DNA from: Microcoleaceae cyanobacterium
GTDB lineage: Bacteria; Cyanobacteriota; Cyanobacteriia; Cyanobacteriales; Microcoleaceae
NCBI GenBank assembly: GCA_051652765.1
Contig: JBOFUV010000013.1
Location: 1 to 63,713 of the forward strand
Reading direction: 5' to 3'
Length of the DNA: 63,713 nucleotides
The notes beneath the pieces were generated by a model, which was not told the origin of the DNA, made no database searches, and worked only from the letters and a program-made list of their open reading frames with translations. A program made the position numbers and the translations under genes. Positions 10,086 through 20,677 of this stretch are shown piece after piece (position 1 is the first letter of the stretch; every line of letters begins with the position of its first letter).

Positions 10086-10406
10086 CTAGGCGATTATTTT
10101 ATTAATTAATCCATTCACTAATCCATTAAAGCCGTAGACCTCTCGACTACCAGCTATTGTAACTAACTCAACGGTTTTTTCATCCCCTGGTTCAAATCGA
10201 ATAGCAGTTCCCGCTGGAATATTTAACCGCATTCCCAGGGTGGATTCCCGATCAAACTGTAAAGCCGGATTCACCTCATAAAAATGAAAATGGGAACCGA
10301 TCTGAATTGGGCGATCGCCTGTGTTGGCAACTTGAACAATCAGAGTTGGACGACCCGCATTGAGTTCAATTTCACCGGGTTGAATGATCAATTCTCCAGG
10401 AATCAT
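10086..10406 (-). CDS. ureB: Urease beta subunit
   Basis: [20 protein letters not shown] and RFEPG. Confidence 0.97.
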   Translation of the reverse strand: MIPGELIIQPGEIELNAGRPTLIVQVANTGDRPIQIGSHFHFYEVNPALQFDRESTLGMRLNIPAGTAIRFEPGDEKTVELVTIAGSREVYGFNGLVNGLINKIIA

Positions 10407-10426
10407 AAGTTTTTGAACTTTTTATC

Positions 10427-10729
10427 TCAGACAATTGGACTATGAACGGTAACTAACTTTGTTCCATCTGGAAACGTGGCCTCGACTTGAACCTCGGCAA
10501 CCATTTCGGCAACCCCTTCCATGACTTCTTCCCGCTTGAGCAAAGTTTTACCATAACTCATTAATTCAGCAACGGTTCGCCCTTCCCTCGCCCCTTCTAA
10601 AAGTGCTGATGAAATGTAGGCAATGGACTCTGGATAATTTAACTTTAAGCCTTTTTCCTTGCGCCGTTCTGCTAGTAGAGCTGCGGTAAAAATCAGTAAC
10701 TTATCTTTCTCTTGGGGAGATAATTGCAT
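10427..10729 (-). CDS. ureA: Urease gamma subunit
   Basis: [16 protein letters not shown] and [14 protein letters not shown]. Confidence 0.97.
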   Translation of the reverse strand: MQLSPQEKDKLLIFTAALLAERRKEKGLKLNYPESIAYISSALLEGAREGRTVAELMSYGKTLLKREEVMEGVAEMVAEVQVEATFPDGTKLVTVHSPIV

Positions 10730-10756
10730 GACCTTAATAATACTGAAATTGTAATT

Positions 10757-11632
10757 TTAAACCCGCCAAACCCTGGGCAAAACTGCGACTTGTCCCAAGC
10801 GGTTTAGGCGTAAAACCTGCCAAATTTTAGTAAACAAGTTTATCACGTCTTGAGTCGAATTCCCGCGATATCGGCACAAAAACCCTGAAATTAGTTGAGT
10901 CATGCCGATTTCCCCCGGAGAATTCTGAGCATCCCAGAGGGTTCTGATCCGCTGCAACATCTCGCTCGAAACCTGTTGTCCAACCCAGCAAAATGTTCCT
11001 ACAATCGGCTGTCCCGCCAAACCATAGGGACTGTTAATTAAGACTTTGTTCCCCGGCAACCACTGCCGATCCAGCCAAAGCGGTTGTCCATTTTGCCAGA
11101 CTTCTGTACAGGATCGCCAATCCCCTTGTAAGAATTGTTCTCCTCGGGCCGAACGTCCAAAACGGTTAATCTCCCAGGTCAAAAAACTGGCATTTAGCCC
11201 CAATTCAACCCGTAACTTCTGATTATAAATTGCACCATCAAAAACAATCGTTTCACGGGGAAAGAATTCACAACAGGCATTTTCATCAACCTGAATCTGA
11301 ATGATTTGTTCTGCTGAATAACCGTTACTTCGATAAACTTTACTGGCTGCAGCCGTAGTGATTAAGACCTTGGTATTGGGTTGTAGATGAATCCTTTGAG
11401 AAAGGCGATCGCCCCCAACTATTCCCCCTGCAGTATGGAGGATAAGATTATGACAAATTTCTACTCCTTCTGGATAGAAAGATCGCTGAACTTTGAGCGG
11501 AGCCTGACTGTAAACCTCAATTAATTTTGTGCCGTTTCCCTGATTTGCATATTTCAGGTGAAGGCTTCCCTGCCAACCCTTTGACTGAGCTAAATATTGA
11601 GCTGAATCCTGGGCTGAATTTTGAGGTTCCAT
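10757..11632 (-). CDS. ureD: Urease accessory protein UreD
   Basis: APLKVQRSFYPEG, HTAGGIVGGD and TTAAASKVYRS; ure context. Confidence 0.94.
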   Translation of the reverse strand: MEPQNSAQDSAQYLAQSKGWQGSLHLKYANQGNGTKLIEVYSQAPLKVQRSFYPEGVEICHNLILHTAGGIVGGDRLSQRIHLQPNTKVLITTAAASKVYRSNGYSAEQIIQIQVDENACCEFFPRETIVFDGAIYNQKLRVELGLNASFLTWEINRFGRSARGEQFLQGDWRSCTEVWQNGQPLWLDRQWLPGNKVLINSPYGLAGQPIVGTFCWVGQQVSSEMLQRIRTLWDAQNSPGEIGMTQLISGFLCRYRGNSTQDVINLFTKIWQVLRLNRLGQVAVLPRVWRV

Positions 11633-11672
11633 CGCTAGGTGATTAAACTATAGGTGATTAAACTGGAGATGA

Positions 11673-12287
11673 TTAAACGATATGATCTTGAATAAACTGT
11701 TGAACTTTGTCAAACCCTTGCTTTGTCTTGAGATTGGTAAAAACAAAAGGTTTTTGACCACGCATCTTTTGAGTATCTTGTGCCATGACATTTAGATCTG
11801 CCCCAACAAAGGGAGCGAGATCAATTTTATTAATCACTAATAAATCTGATTTGGTAATTCCTGGCCCTCCTTTACGGGGAATTTTATCTCCCGCCGCGAC
11901 ATCGATTACATAAATCGTTAAATCCACCAATTCAGGGCTGAAAGTTGCTGCTAAATTGTCACCTCCACTCTCAACAAATAAAACCTCTAAGTTCTGAAAC
12001 TTTGCTTCTAATTCTTCGATTGCTGATAGATTAATTGACGCATCTTCTCGAATAGCAGTATGGGGACATCCGCCCGTTTCTACCCCAAGAATTCTTTCCT
12101 GATCTAATGCTTGAGAGCGAACTAAAAACTGAGCATCTTCTTGGGTGTAAATATCATTGGTCACTACAGCAATTTGATAAGATTCCCGCATGGCTTTACA
12201 GAGGGCATCAACCAACGCTGTTTTTCCCGAACCCACAGGCCCTGCAACTCCCACTCGAAATGCTGTCATTGTTTCTAATTTCCCCAC
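11673..12287 (-). CDS. ureG: Urease accessory GTPase UreG
   Basis: [20 protein letters not shown] and NKID. The start may be 12269. Confidence 0.96.
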   Translation of the reverse strand: MGKLETMTAFRVGVAGPVGSGKTALVDALCKAMRESYQIAVVTNDIYTQEDAQFLVRSQALDQERILGVETGGCPHTAIREDASINLSAIEELEAKFQNLEVLFVESGGDNLAATFSPELVDLTIYVIDVAAGDKIPRKGGPGITKSDLLVINKIDLAPFVGADLNVMAQDTQKMRGQKPFVFTNLKTKQGFDKVQQFIQDHIV

Positions 12288-12315
12288 AAATGTACTGAAG
12301 AATTAACCGGCTGAA

Positions 12316-13035
12316 CTAACTGCGAAATAGTCGAGAATATTGTGTTTCATGAGCCATGCTTGCGAGTCCCAAGCCCCAACTACAACTGACTAAATCCGAG
12401 TCTTCTAACCTGAGAATTTGTTCGGCAGAATTGAGAATTACAGGCTGAAGTTTCAACAAGATCTTTTGCCCAGAAGTTTGTCCAAGGGGAATCAGTTTAA
12501 CCCCCGCACCGATCAAATTACTCACCCAACTTTGTAAGTATCCCAGCAATCCATGCTGTTGATCAATTTGCCAGTCAGCAACAGCAACCCCAAAGACAAT
12601 TGCATGGTTATACGGCTTACCAGTAGCTGTTAAATAGGTTTTTAAACTGGGAACATTCGAGTCTAATTCTTGAGCAGTATTAATTGAGTCTAATTCTAAA
12701 AGTAATCGCATTAAACTCCCTCCCATTTGCCAACTTTGTTGCCGCAGTTCGGCTGTTTCCCAGGCTGCACTCAACCAGGAGTTCCAGTCAACTAATTGGG
12801 AAGGATTCTGGTTATGATAACTCTGGTTGCTGTAACACCGAAAAGCCCTTAACATTACAGCCGCATCTAGCCGAATTGTCCCATGGGTTAAGGCTTGAAT
12901 TAACCAGGATTCTAAATCATGTTCGGTTTGAATGATCGCTTTTTCCACCAGGGTTTCTAGTCCCTCGGAATAACTGTAGGCTCCAAGGGGTAAAGCTGGA
13001 CTGGCAAGCTGAAGTAACCTTAAAATTGAATTCAC
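12316..13035 (-). CDS. ureF: Urease accessory protein UreF
   Basis: LQLASPALPLGAYSYSEGLE and HETQYSRLFRS. Confidence 0.96.
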   Translation of the reverse strand: MNSILRLLQLASPALPLGAYSYSEGLETLVEKAIIQTEHDLESWLIQALTHGTIRLDAAVMLRAFRCYSNQSYHNQNPSQLVDWNSWLSAAWETAELRQQSWQMGGSLMRLLLELDSINTAQELDSNVPSLKTYLTATGKPYNHAIVFGVAVADWQIDQQHGLLGYLQSWVSNLIGAGVKLIPLGQTSGQKILLKLQPVILNSAEQILRLEDSDLVSCSWGLGLASMAHETQYSRLFRS

Positions 13036-13049
13036 AAATTCACATCTAG

Positions 13050-13502
13050 CTAATGATGAGGAGGTTGATTTTGATGCCCGTAAGCGCCTCGTTCTGGGTT
13101 GAACGGTGCAACGTCTGCTTTGAGTTCTAACCCTAGCTGAATTAGCATCGATTGTAAAACTGAATCTGGAGAAAATCGTAGATAGGACTCCGTTACTTCT
13201 AGCCCAACATGACGATTTCCAAGGTGATAAGCCGCTCGGATTAAATCAACTGGATGGTTTGCTGTTACTGTAATCACTGGTTCGGGTTTTGCGGTAATTT
13301 GAGCAATTTTATCCTGGGTTTCAGATTGGAGTAAATCGCCTTCATTCAGGATCATTCCTCTAGGCAATCGCAGATGAACAGATTGATGATCCGGCAGATC
13401 AAGCTTTTGACGGGTACGAATGCGTTGGTCGGCAGTCAGGGCTAGAGTCAAGTCGATTGTTGCCGGGGTAGAAAGTGCTAAACGTTGGGTGAAGACTAAC
13501 AT
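13050..13502 (-). CDS. ureE: Urease nickel chaperone UreE
   Basis: AYHLGNRH and PFNPERGAY with a short His tail. Confidence 0.95.
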   Translation of the reverse strand: MLVFTQRLALSTPATIDLTLALTADQRIRTRQKLDLPDHQSVHLRLPRGMILNEGDLLQSETQDKIAQITAKPEPVITVTANHPVDLIRAAYHLGNRHVGLEVTESYLRFSPDSVLQSMLIQLGLELKADVAPFNPERGAYGHQNQPPHH

Positions 13503-13513
13503 TTTAATTTAAT

Positions 13514-13597
13514 ATTTCCCGTTAGACATTTCTGATCAAAGATTTCTGATCAAACATTTCCTATCAAAGATTTCCCGTCAAAGATTTCCCATCAAAC
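13514..13597. repeat. Six degenerate 14-mers (ATTTCYNNTCAAAS consensus) directly upstream of ureE
   Basis: Units at 13514, 13528, 13542, 13556, 13570 and 13584; the first is the most diverged. Confidence 0.85.
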
Positions 13598-13750
13598 AGG
13601 TCTCGTAGAACGAAGACGGCAAATCCCACCTTGAACCTACGGTTTGCCCCAATGTAAAGCGCGATCGCCCCGCTTACAGTAGTAAATGTGAACAACGGTT
13701 ATGAATAACAGTTAAGCCAAATCGGGTTGAATGTTCAACCGTCCCTAAAG

Positions 13751-13766
13751 GTTCGGTAAACCCGCC
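13751..13766 (+). promoter_or_regulatory. K-box-like element upstream of dnaK
   Basis: GTTCGG-TAAA-CCCGCC versus the cyanobacterial K-box consensus GTTCGG-NNAN-CCNNAC (one mismatch). Confidence 0.6.
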
Positions 13767-13945
13767 TTCAACAAGTGAACTAACCGCCCCCAGTATATAG
13801 GCAGGGAAATTTATCTTAAAGACTGTATTCAAACTGGACTTACCACCCAAAAAAACTGCCAGGTTTGGTTTGCAGTCCTCAGCGTCCCGAACCAATTGGG
13901 CAGAGCCATATTAAACTTTTGTCGTACTAGGAGCAGAGCATCCCT

Positions 13946-15865
13946 ATGGGAAAGATAGTTGGAATTGATTTAGGCACTACAAACTCTTGCGTCGCTGTGA
14001 TGGAAGGGGGAAAACCGACCGTAATTGCCAGTGCAGATGGTTTAAGAACGACTCCTTCCGTTGTCGCCTACGCCAAGAACGGGGAACAACTCGTTGGACA
14101 AATTGCTAAGCGTCAAGCGGTGATGAACCCAGACAACACGTTTTACTCTGTGAAACGGTTCATCGGTCGCAAGTACAACGAAGTTGGAAACGAGATGAAA
14201 GAAGTTTCCTACAAGGTCGTACAGGACAGCAACGGGAACGTCAAAGTAGACTGTCCAGCTCGCAGCAAGCAGTTTGCGCCAGAGGAAATTGCGGCCCAAG
14301 TGTTGCGTCAGTTGGTTGAGGATGCGAGTAAGTATCTAGGAGAATCAATCACTGAAGCCGTTATTACCGTTCCGGCCTACTTTAACGACTCCCAACGTCA
14401 AGCCACCAAAGATGCAGGTCGGATCGCCGGTTTAGAAGTAAAGCGGATCATTAACGAACCTACTGCTGCCTCTTTGGCCTATGGTTTAGACAAGAAAGCC
14501 AACGAAACCATCTTGGTCTTTGACTTGGGGGGAGGAACGTTTGACGTTTCCATTCTGGAAGTCGGCGACGGCGTGTTCGAGGTCTTGTCAACTTCTGGAG
14601 ACACTCACTTAGGCGGGGACGACTTCGATAAAAAGATCGTAGATTACCTGGCTGAGGAATTTAGAAAAGCGGAAGGGATTGACCTGAGAGGTGACAAGCA
14701 AGCCCTGCAACGCTTAACAGAAGCCGCAGAAAAAGCCAAGAAGGAATTATCCAGCCTGACTCAAACTGAGATCAACCTGCCCTTCATCACTGCCACTCAA
14801 GATGGGCCGAAGCATCTTGACACCACTTTAACTCGGGCGAAGTTTGAGGAACTCTGTGGAGATTTGATTGATCGCTGCCGAGTTCCAGTTGAAAATTCCC
14901 TGCGGGATGCCAAGTTAGACAAGGCTGCCATTGATGAAGTCGTTCTCGTTGGGGGATCAACTCGGATTCCAGCGATTCAAGAACTCGTCAAACGGGTCTT
15001 GGGCAAAGAGCCGAACCAAACCGTAAACCCGGATGAAGTAGTTGCCATGGGCGCAGCAATTCAAGCAGGGGTTCTGGCGGGTGATCCAGGTGCTGGCGGA
15101 ATCTTGTTGCTTGACGTGACTTCCCTCTCCCTTGGGGTAGAAACCTTGGGTGGAGTCATGACCAAGATCATTCCTCGCAATACCACAATTCCCACCAAGA
15201 AGTCTGAAGTGTTCTCCACGGCTGTGGATGGTCAGACGAATGTTGAGATTCATGTTCTCCAAGGGGAACGGGAAATGTCTAATGACAACAAGAGCTTGGG
15301 AACTTTCCGGCTTGATGGCATTCCTCCCGCTCCTCGAGGCATTCCTCAAATCGAAGTCACGTTTGATATTGATGCGAACGGAATCCTGAACGTTGCCGCG
15401 AAGGACAGGGGCACCGGCAAGGAACAGTCCATTAGCATTACCGGAGCCTCTACCCTACCTGACTCAGAGGTGGAGCGGATGGTTCGAGAAGCAGAACAAA
15501 ATGCGTCAGCAGACAAAGAACGTCGAGAAAAAATCGACCGCAAGAACCAGGCAGACTCCTTGTCGTATCAGGCTGAAAAGCAAATAACTGAGCTAGGGGA
15601 TAAGGTTCCTGCAGCAGATAAAACCAAGCTCGAAGACCTGATCAAGCAGTTACGGGAAGCCGTGAGCAAGGACGACGACGACCAGATCAAGTCCCTCACA
15701 GAAGAACTTCAGCAAGCGCTCTACACCGTTACTAGCAACCTGTACCAACAAGCAGGTGGCTCTTCAGCTCCGACTGGAGATGATGACGGTAGCGATGGTG
15801 GCAGTTCAGCTCCAGGAGGTGGGTCTGACGATGTGATTGACGCTGACTTTACGGAAGCTCAATAG
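13946..15865 (+). CDS. dnaK: Chaperone DnaK (DnaK2-like)
   Basis: [37 protein letters not shown] and C-terminal DDVIDADF. Confidence 0.98.
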   Translation: MGKIVGIDLGTTNSCVAVMEGGKPTVIASADGLRTTPSVVAYAKNGEQLVGQIAKRQAVMNPDNTFYSVKRFIGRKYNEVGNEMKEVSYKVVQDSNGNVKVDCPARSKQFAPEEIAAQVLRQLVEDASKYLGESITEAVITVPAYFNDSQRQATKDAGRIAGLEVKRIINEPTAASLAYGLDKKANETILVFDLGGGTFDVSILEVGDGVFEVLSTSGDTHLGGDDFDKKIVDYLAEEFRKAEGIDLRGDKQALQRLTEAAEKAKKELSSLTQTEINLPFITATQDGPKHLDTTLTRAKFEELCGDLIDRCRVPVENSLRDAKLDKAAIDEVVLVGGSTRIPAIQELVKRVLGKEPNQTVNPDEVVAMGAAIQAGVLAGDPGAGGILLLDVTSLSLGVETLGGVMTKIIPRNTTIPTKKSEVFSTAVDGQTNVEIHVLQGEREMSNDNKSLGTFRLDGIPPAPRGIPQIEVTFDIDANGILNVAAKDRGTGKEQSISITGASTLPDSEVERMVREAEQNASADKERREKIDRKNQADSLSYQAEKQITELGDKVPAADKTKLEDLIKQLREAVSKDDDDQIKSLTEELQQALYTVTSNLYQQAGGSSAPTGDDDGSDGGSSAPGGGSDDVIDADFTEAQ

Positions 15866-15896
15866 AGTTTTTGTAAACGTTTAATTCCATTCCCTC

Positions 15897-15921
15897 GCCC
15901 CCTTAACAAAGGGGGCTTTTT
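15897..15921 (+). terminator. Intrinsic terminator of dnaK
   Basis: GCCCCCTT-AACA-AAGGGGGC followed by TTTTT. Confidence 0.8.
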
Positions 15922-16046
15922 GTGGTTAACAGCCAGAAAGAGCGAGTCATATAAAATGTAAAAAGGAATGCTGTACTCCCTGTCTGAAAGTCTCTTCCGT
16001 GGCTTATTGGTAGCAAGCACCTGAGTGTTTTACATGACCAATACAC

Positions 16047-17042
16047 CTAACCAAAAGTCAGGGAACTAGAGGCCAAAAGTTCTTGTTGGACTCGCTGGAT
16101 CAGTTTTAGGGCATGTTCACAGGCGGCTTGGTTTCCCTGCTGTTGAAAGCAGTGTGAAGCTGATCGCAGATCAGCCATCGCTCCAGCATAGAGTCCCTGT
16201 TCATAACGCAGGAGGGCTCGATTGAAGTAGGCTTGAGCATGGTGAGGATTCAGTTGTAAGGCAATATCAAAGTCCTGAACTGCAATCTGATTGTTTTTCA
16301 TCTGACGGCAGAGGCAGCCATGGTTATAATAAGCTCTGGAACTACTCCCATCAAGTTGAATTGCCTGAGATAAATCTGCCATGGCGTTGCTCATTTGCTT
16401 CAGCATCAGCTTGGCAACTCCCCGATCAATATAAATCTCCGCTTCCTCAGATTGGGTCAAGTAACGCCTTTGGTCAAGAGCTTGGTCATAGTCAGCGACT
16501 GCTTCAGAATATGCCTTGAGTTCAAAATAGGCCAAGCCGCGATTGTAGTATGCTTCAATGGAGTCTGGTTGAAGCTGAATGGCCTGATTATTAGCAGCGA
16601 TCGCCTCAGCAAAATTTCCCTGTCGATAGTGAGCCAGCCCCAAATTCAGATAGTCTGAACTGCGATTAGAGGCTAACTGAACGGCCTGAGCACAATCAGA
16701 GGCAGCCTCAGAATACTGCTCTAGCTGAATCCAAACCCAACAACGATGCCCATAAGCCTCCACCCAGGTGGGATTTTGCTGAATCACTTGATTCAGACGC
16801 TCTAATGCCTGAGAATAATCCTGGGACGTAATGGATTTTATCCCTTGGTCTAACAAGATTTCTTGAGAAAGGTTGATTTCAGGTAGATTCCCTTGAGCAA
16901 AAGCTGGGAAATTTAGCGGGACAAAAGCACCTGTCAACCAGAAAAATAAGGTTAGGCTGAAGTGTAGAATGGCTAGGTAAATTACTGAATAAGTTACTGG
17001 ATAAGTTACTGGATAAAAAAATGTTGGATAAAAACGCTTCAT
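16047..17042 (-). CDS. TPR-repeat protein with hydrophobic N-terminal segment
   Basis: Repeated AYYNRGLAY/AYFNRA/AIQLxP motifs. Start 17042 is likely; 17111 is possible. Confidence 0.85.
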   Translation of the reverse strand: MKRFYPTFFYPVTYPVTYSVIYLAILHFSLTLFFWLTGAFVPLNFPAFAQGNLPEINLSQEILLDQGIKSITSQDYSQALERLNQVIQQNPTWVEAYGHRCWVWIQLEQYSEAASDCAQAVQLASNRSSDYLNLGLAHYRQGNFAEAIAANNQAIQLQPDSIEAYYNRGLAYFELKAYSEAVADYDQALDQRRYLTQSEEAEIYIDRGVAKLMLKQMSNAMADLSQAIQLDGSSSRAYYNHGCLCRQMKNNQIAVQDFDIALQLNPHHAQAYFNRALLRYEQGLYAGAMADLRSASHCFQQQGNQAACEHALKLIQRVQQELLASSSLTFG

Positions 17043-17129
17043 AAATTTCACACCTTCATCCCACAACTCTACAAGTAAAGAAGAGGAATCTAAACCTAGG
17101 TTCCTCCCCATCTTTTAAACAACTAACAT

Positions 17130-17489
17130 CTACCAGCCCTTTTCGGCCTTGCTTAAAACATAGGCAGCAACATCTTCAATTTGTTGAGCATTGAGACGAC
17201 CGGCAAATTTCGGCATGGCATTTTTACCATTAGTAACCTGAGTCGCGATCGCCCCAAGGTTGTCCATTTGGTATTGTGTCAGAGCAGCTTTCTTCAAGGT
17301 TTTATTGGCTATCACAATATTCCCACCCCCTGCATGGCAGGCTGCACAGTTTGCAGCAAAAACCTTGGCTCCGGTTTCTGGATTGCCCTCAGCTAGAACA
17401 GGAATCTGCACGGCACACAGCCATAGAACCATGCCTAGAAAAATTGCAAACAACGATTTTTTCAGTGACTTCTTCGGTGATTTCTCCAA
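17130..17489 (-). CDS. petJ: Cytochrome c6
   Basis: Signal peptide, CAACH heme motif, GKNAMPKF axial Met; TTG start after GAGGAG. Confidence 0.92.
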   Translation of the reverse strand: MEKSPKKSLKKSLFAIFLGMVLWLCAVQIPVLAEGNPETGAKVFAANCAACHAGGGNIVIANKTLKKAALTQYQMDNLGAIATQVTNGKNAMPKFAGRLNAQQIEDVAAYVLSKAEKGW

Positions 17490-17736
17490 AATAGTTCTCC
17501 TCTTTAAAATACAAAAAAATTCAAAACTAATGGTGTAAGCTGTTAAAGCTACTTCAGTAGTTGAAACTCAGTCGTCAAAACAATTCCCAGCCAAAAACAG
17601 GATGAAGCCAAAGCCTCATATCAAAGATATCCAATAGTTCTTGACCTGCTATCCAACCCCTAAAACGATGGGAGGTTTGCACGTCATAAGAATTGCTACT
17701 AGAGCTACTCTCGCCAAAATCCTAACTATTGTCAAA

Positions 17737-17749
17737 TGACGAGTTGTCA
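17737..17749. promoter_or_regulatory. TGAC-N5-GTCA palindrome, candidate PetR operator
   Basis: TGAC-GAGTT-GTCA lies between petJ and the divergent BlaI-family gene and overlaps a minus-strand TTGACA. Confidence 0.5.
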
Positions 17750-17788
17750 AACTTTTACAATTCTCAACTTTCACAGTTCACACCCTTA

Positions 17789-17904
17789 TATAGCAATCAC
17801 CAATGATTTGTGAACAGGGGGTGAAGGGGCGTTGCCCCTTTTTGAGGACGCAGTCCCCAAACCCCTCTCTAGATTTTTTTCATGATTGACTCAGGATCGC
17901 TATA
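17789..17904 (-). repeat. MITE-like dispersed repeat, copy B, with 9/10 terminal inverted repeats
   Basis: Ends TATAGCAATC ... GATCGCTATA; internal GC hairpin GGGGCGTTGCCCC. Confidence 0.75.
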
Positions 17905-17943
17905 GTTCTCAACCATAGTTCTCAACGTTTCACTTCTATAAAC

Positions 17944-18369
17944 ATGGCTCCTCTTCCGAATCATCGTCCGCCCAAACTTTCCCTTGGCCCCCTAGAGCAA
18001 GAAATTCTGACTATTCTTTGGAAACTGGGTTCTGCAACGGGAAAGCAAATTCATGACCAGATTCTGACTGATCCCAATCGAGAACTGTCTTATCCCTCCG
18101 TGAATACCGTCCTCAACCGTTTGGCCGAAAAGGGATGGGTGATTTGTGACCCAGGACAGCGAGCCTTTATCTGGCAGCCGTTGGTGTCTCAGCAAGAAGC
18201 GCAGCTCTTGCAATCCTACGAGCAACTGAATCAATTTCTGGCGGTGAGCAATCCCGATATTGTGGCGGCCTTTGCAGACAGTCTAGACAGGGCGAGTGTG
18301 GAGCAATTGGAGGCGATCGCCGAGCGATTACGGGCCATTCGTCAGGCTCAACAGGAACGGGAGAAGTAG
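17944..18369 (+). CDS. petR: BlaI/MecI/CopY-family repressor, PetR-like
   Basis: LGPLEQEILTILW, SVNTVLNRLAEKGW; divergent from petJ and coupled to an M56 peptidase. Confidence 0.8.
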   Translation: MAPLPNHRPPKLSLGPLEQEILTILWKLGSATGKQIHDQILTDPNRELSYPSVNTVLNRLAEKGWVICDPGQRAFIWQPLVSQQEAQLLQSYEQLNQFLAVSNPDIVAAFADSLDRASVEQLEAIAERLRAIRQAQQEREK

Positions 18370-18370
18370 A

Positions 18371-19216
18371 ATGCACTTGTTCATGATTTTAGTCGCGTTG
18401 GGTTGGGCAATGGGTCTGAGACTGTTCTGGAAAACTCCCCAAACGCTCTGGACAAGGCGGTGGAGGCAAGCCTTGACTCGCCTGACGATTCCTCCGCTGT
18501 TGTTGCTGACTACGGCGATCGCGATTCTCTGTATGGGGCCTCAGGGAGAAATGTTAGGTCATGGGGCTGGTTGGATGGGCTATGGACTCGCCTGGGGGTT
18601 CTTGGGGTGGGCTGTGATCCTTAACTCAACCCTTAGTGTACAAGGCTGGCGGATGACCCAGCGAACCCGTCAATACCCACAAGTCACTTGGCAGGGTTGT
18701 TGTGCCCGGTTGCTGGACAGTCCTATGCTATTTTGCGCTCAAATCGGGTTTTGGCAACCTGAACTAGTCATCACCCAGGGACTGCTACAACAGCTCAATT
18801 CAGACCAACAGCGGGCTGTACTGGTTCATGAACAAGCCCATGCCCATTATCGCGACACCTTTTGGTTTTTCTGGCTAGGGTGGTGTCGTCATTTGACGTT
18901 TTGGTTGCCTCAGACTGAATTCCTTTGGCAAGAGTTACTGTTATTGCGCGAAATGCGAGCGGATCAACGGGCTGCCCAACACGTTGATCGATTAGTGCTA
19001 GCAGAAACCTTGCTGCTGATGGTGCGTCATCCTGTGATGCTTACAGAACAGGATTCTTGTGCTGCGTTTAGCTGCCCCACCTCACCGAATCGCTTGACTG
19101 AACGAATTGATGCCTTACTCAGTGAACCGATTTCCTGCTCTCATAATCCTGTTTGGGTTTGGCAGGGATTATTGCTGACTCTATTCCCCCTGATTGCCAT
19201 TCCGTTTCATTCCTGA
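18371..19216 (+). CDS. petP: M56-family membrane metallopeptidase, PetP-like
   Basis: TM helices, HEQAH zinc motif and REMRAD. The ATG at 18371 is 1 nt after the petR-like stop. Confidence 0.8.
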   Translation: MHLFMILVALGWAMGLRLFWKTPQTLWTRRWRQALTRLTIPPLLLLTTAIAILCMGPQGEMLGHGAGWMGYGLAWGFLGWAVILNSTLSVQGWRMTQRTRQYPQVTWQGCCARLLDSPMLFCAQIGFWQPELVITQGLLQQLNSDQQRAVLVHEQAHAHYRDTFWFFWLGWCRHLTFWLPQTEFLWQELLLLREMRADQRAAQHVDRLVLAETLLLMVRHPVMLTEQDSCAAFSCPTSPNRLTERIDALLSEPISCSHNPVWVWQGLLLTLFPLIAIPFHS

Positions 19217-19237
19217 GTTCAGCTTTGGGTTAGGCCG

Positions 19238-20602
19238 CTAAAGTTGGCAGAGTGCTGCTTTACGACTATCAAATAACTGTACGATTCCGTCGGTGACTGT
19301 GCGTTTTACCTCTGGGCTACATCCTGCCAAAAACTCTTCTGGAGACATGACTCCCTTAAAGAATTCTTGGGCGCGATCGCGCTGATGACGAATTTCATCA
19401 AATCCCAGGCACTTCACCATATAGGTTGCCAGGGGAGAATTCTTAATATCATAGGAAGAACTTTGAGTTCGCCCTTCTTCCAAGAGTCGGAGAACTTGTT
19501 CTTCTAATTCATTCTGGGGTTGATAGGGCTGAGAAATGATTGGCAGGAAATCAACCAAAGAAATTGTTGCAAAGTTTTCAGAAGGCATTTCTCCCATCAA
19601 TGTTGAAACTGGAATGACTCGGCCAAACCGCAATGACAATCCCTCTAAAAACGCAATCGTAAATAATTTACTGCCCAGGTAGAGTTTGCCAACCTCAATG
19701 TTTTTTCTGGCTTGCTCTGTTAACTGTTGAAAAACTTCATCCTTGGGATAGCCTTGAAAATGATGAAAGATCGATTCAGGCTTCACAAAATTCATGAAAG
19801 CTTCCATTTTTTGCAGGGCTGTCCGATATTGATTAATCGTATAAGCACTAGAGTTTTTTAAATGATGATTGGTCTCCGGCAGCAAATTCCAGGTATTATC
19901 TAAAAATCGGGCTGGATTGTGATGACCAAAGCTTCCCACATCTCGGTTTGATAATCGAACCGAGCGATTGACTGTTTCAACTAGTTCAGTATCAGTCAAC
20001 TTGAGGTTAAATCGTTCTCGCACAGACTTCAACCGTTGGTACAAAATATCACTATTGCTTAGTCCCACTTCATTTTCCATGCGGAATGGGATGGTTGCCT
20101 CAATGCAAGCCGCAATTTGGATTAACAATTCATAGGAACATAACGGTTCTAGGACTTTAACAGCAACTAATGCACTTAAAAATTCATTTTGCCCATTCAG
20201 AGGGGAAAGCGTTTTCCCCAGTTCAAACTTAAAGATTTCCTTGACCATTTCAAACAGAGGATCATGCACCAACTCCTCATGTTCTCGAATCACCAAACGT
20301 TCGCCGACCTGCCAAATAAAGGGGGCAATATAATAAGTCAAATTAAAATTAACACTCTGATCAACCTGAACATAAACGACATCATGAAATAGGGCCGCCA
20401 ACACTTCAATTGCATCCTCTGTACCCCCCACTTCAAAGATGTGCTCTGGAGTATGAAAATACCGCCAAGGCCCAGTCATCGTTTGCACGATCAAATCTGT
20501 AATCTCTGATAGTCTAGTGTCATCGACTTCAACTTGAAGTTGCTCGATTGCCCATTTCAACTTGCCAAGGCACTGCTCGTTGTAGTCCTGATCAAGACCC
20601 AT
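19238..20602 (-). CDS. Uncharacterised HD-superfamily-like phosphohydrolase
   Basis: RYFHTPEH...LAALFHDVVY...IEAT...RD arrangement resembles predicted metal-dependent HD proteins. Confidence 0.6.
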   Translation of the reverse strand: MGLDQDYNEQCLGKLKWAIEQLQVEVDDTRLSEITDLIVQTMTGPWRYFHTPEHIFEVGGTEDAIEVLAALFHDVVYVQVDQSVNFNLTYYIAPFIWQVGERLVIREHEELVHDPLFEMVKEIFKFELGKTLSPLNGQNEFLSALVAVKVLEPLCSYELLIQIAACIEATIPFRMENEVGLSNSDILYQRLKSVRERFNLKLTDTELVETVNRSVRLSNRDVGSFGHHNPARFLDNTWNLLPETNHHLKNSSAYTINQYRTALQKMEAFMNFVKPESIFHHFQGYPKDEVFQQLTEQARKNIEVGKLYLGSKLFTIAFLEGLSLRFGRVIPVSTLMGEMPSENFATISLVDFLPIISQPYQPQNELEEQVLRLLEEGRTQSSSYDIKNSPLATYMVKCLGFDEIRHQRDRAQEFFKGVMSPEEFLAGCSPEVKRTVTDGIVQLFDSRKAALCQL

Positions 20603-20677
20603 GCGTCACAATGTTGTAAAGATTTATTCATAATAGTAATTATCTTACTATGCCCTTCAAGAATCAGGGATGTGCCC

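Noticed and set aside
13503..13945. NtcA box for the ure operon or CIRCE for dnaK
   Set aside because: No GTA-N8-TAC or TTAGCACTC-N9-GAGTGCTAA match was found by eye.
20534..20677. N-terminal extension of the cyclase ORF
   Set aside because: It overlaps the divergent gene; ATG 20678 directly precedes the zinc ribbon.
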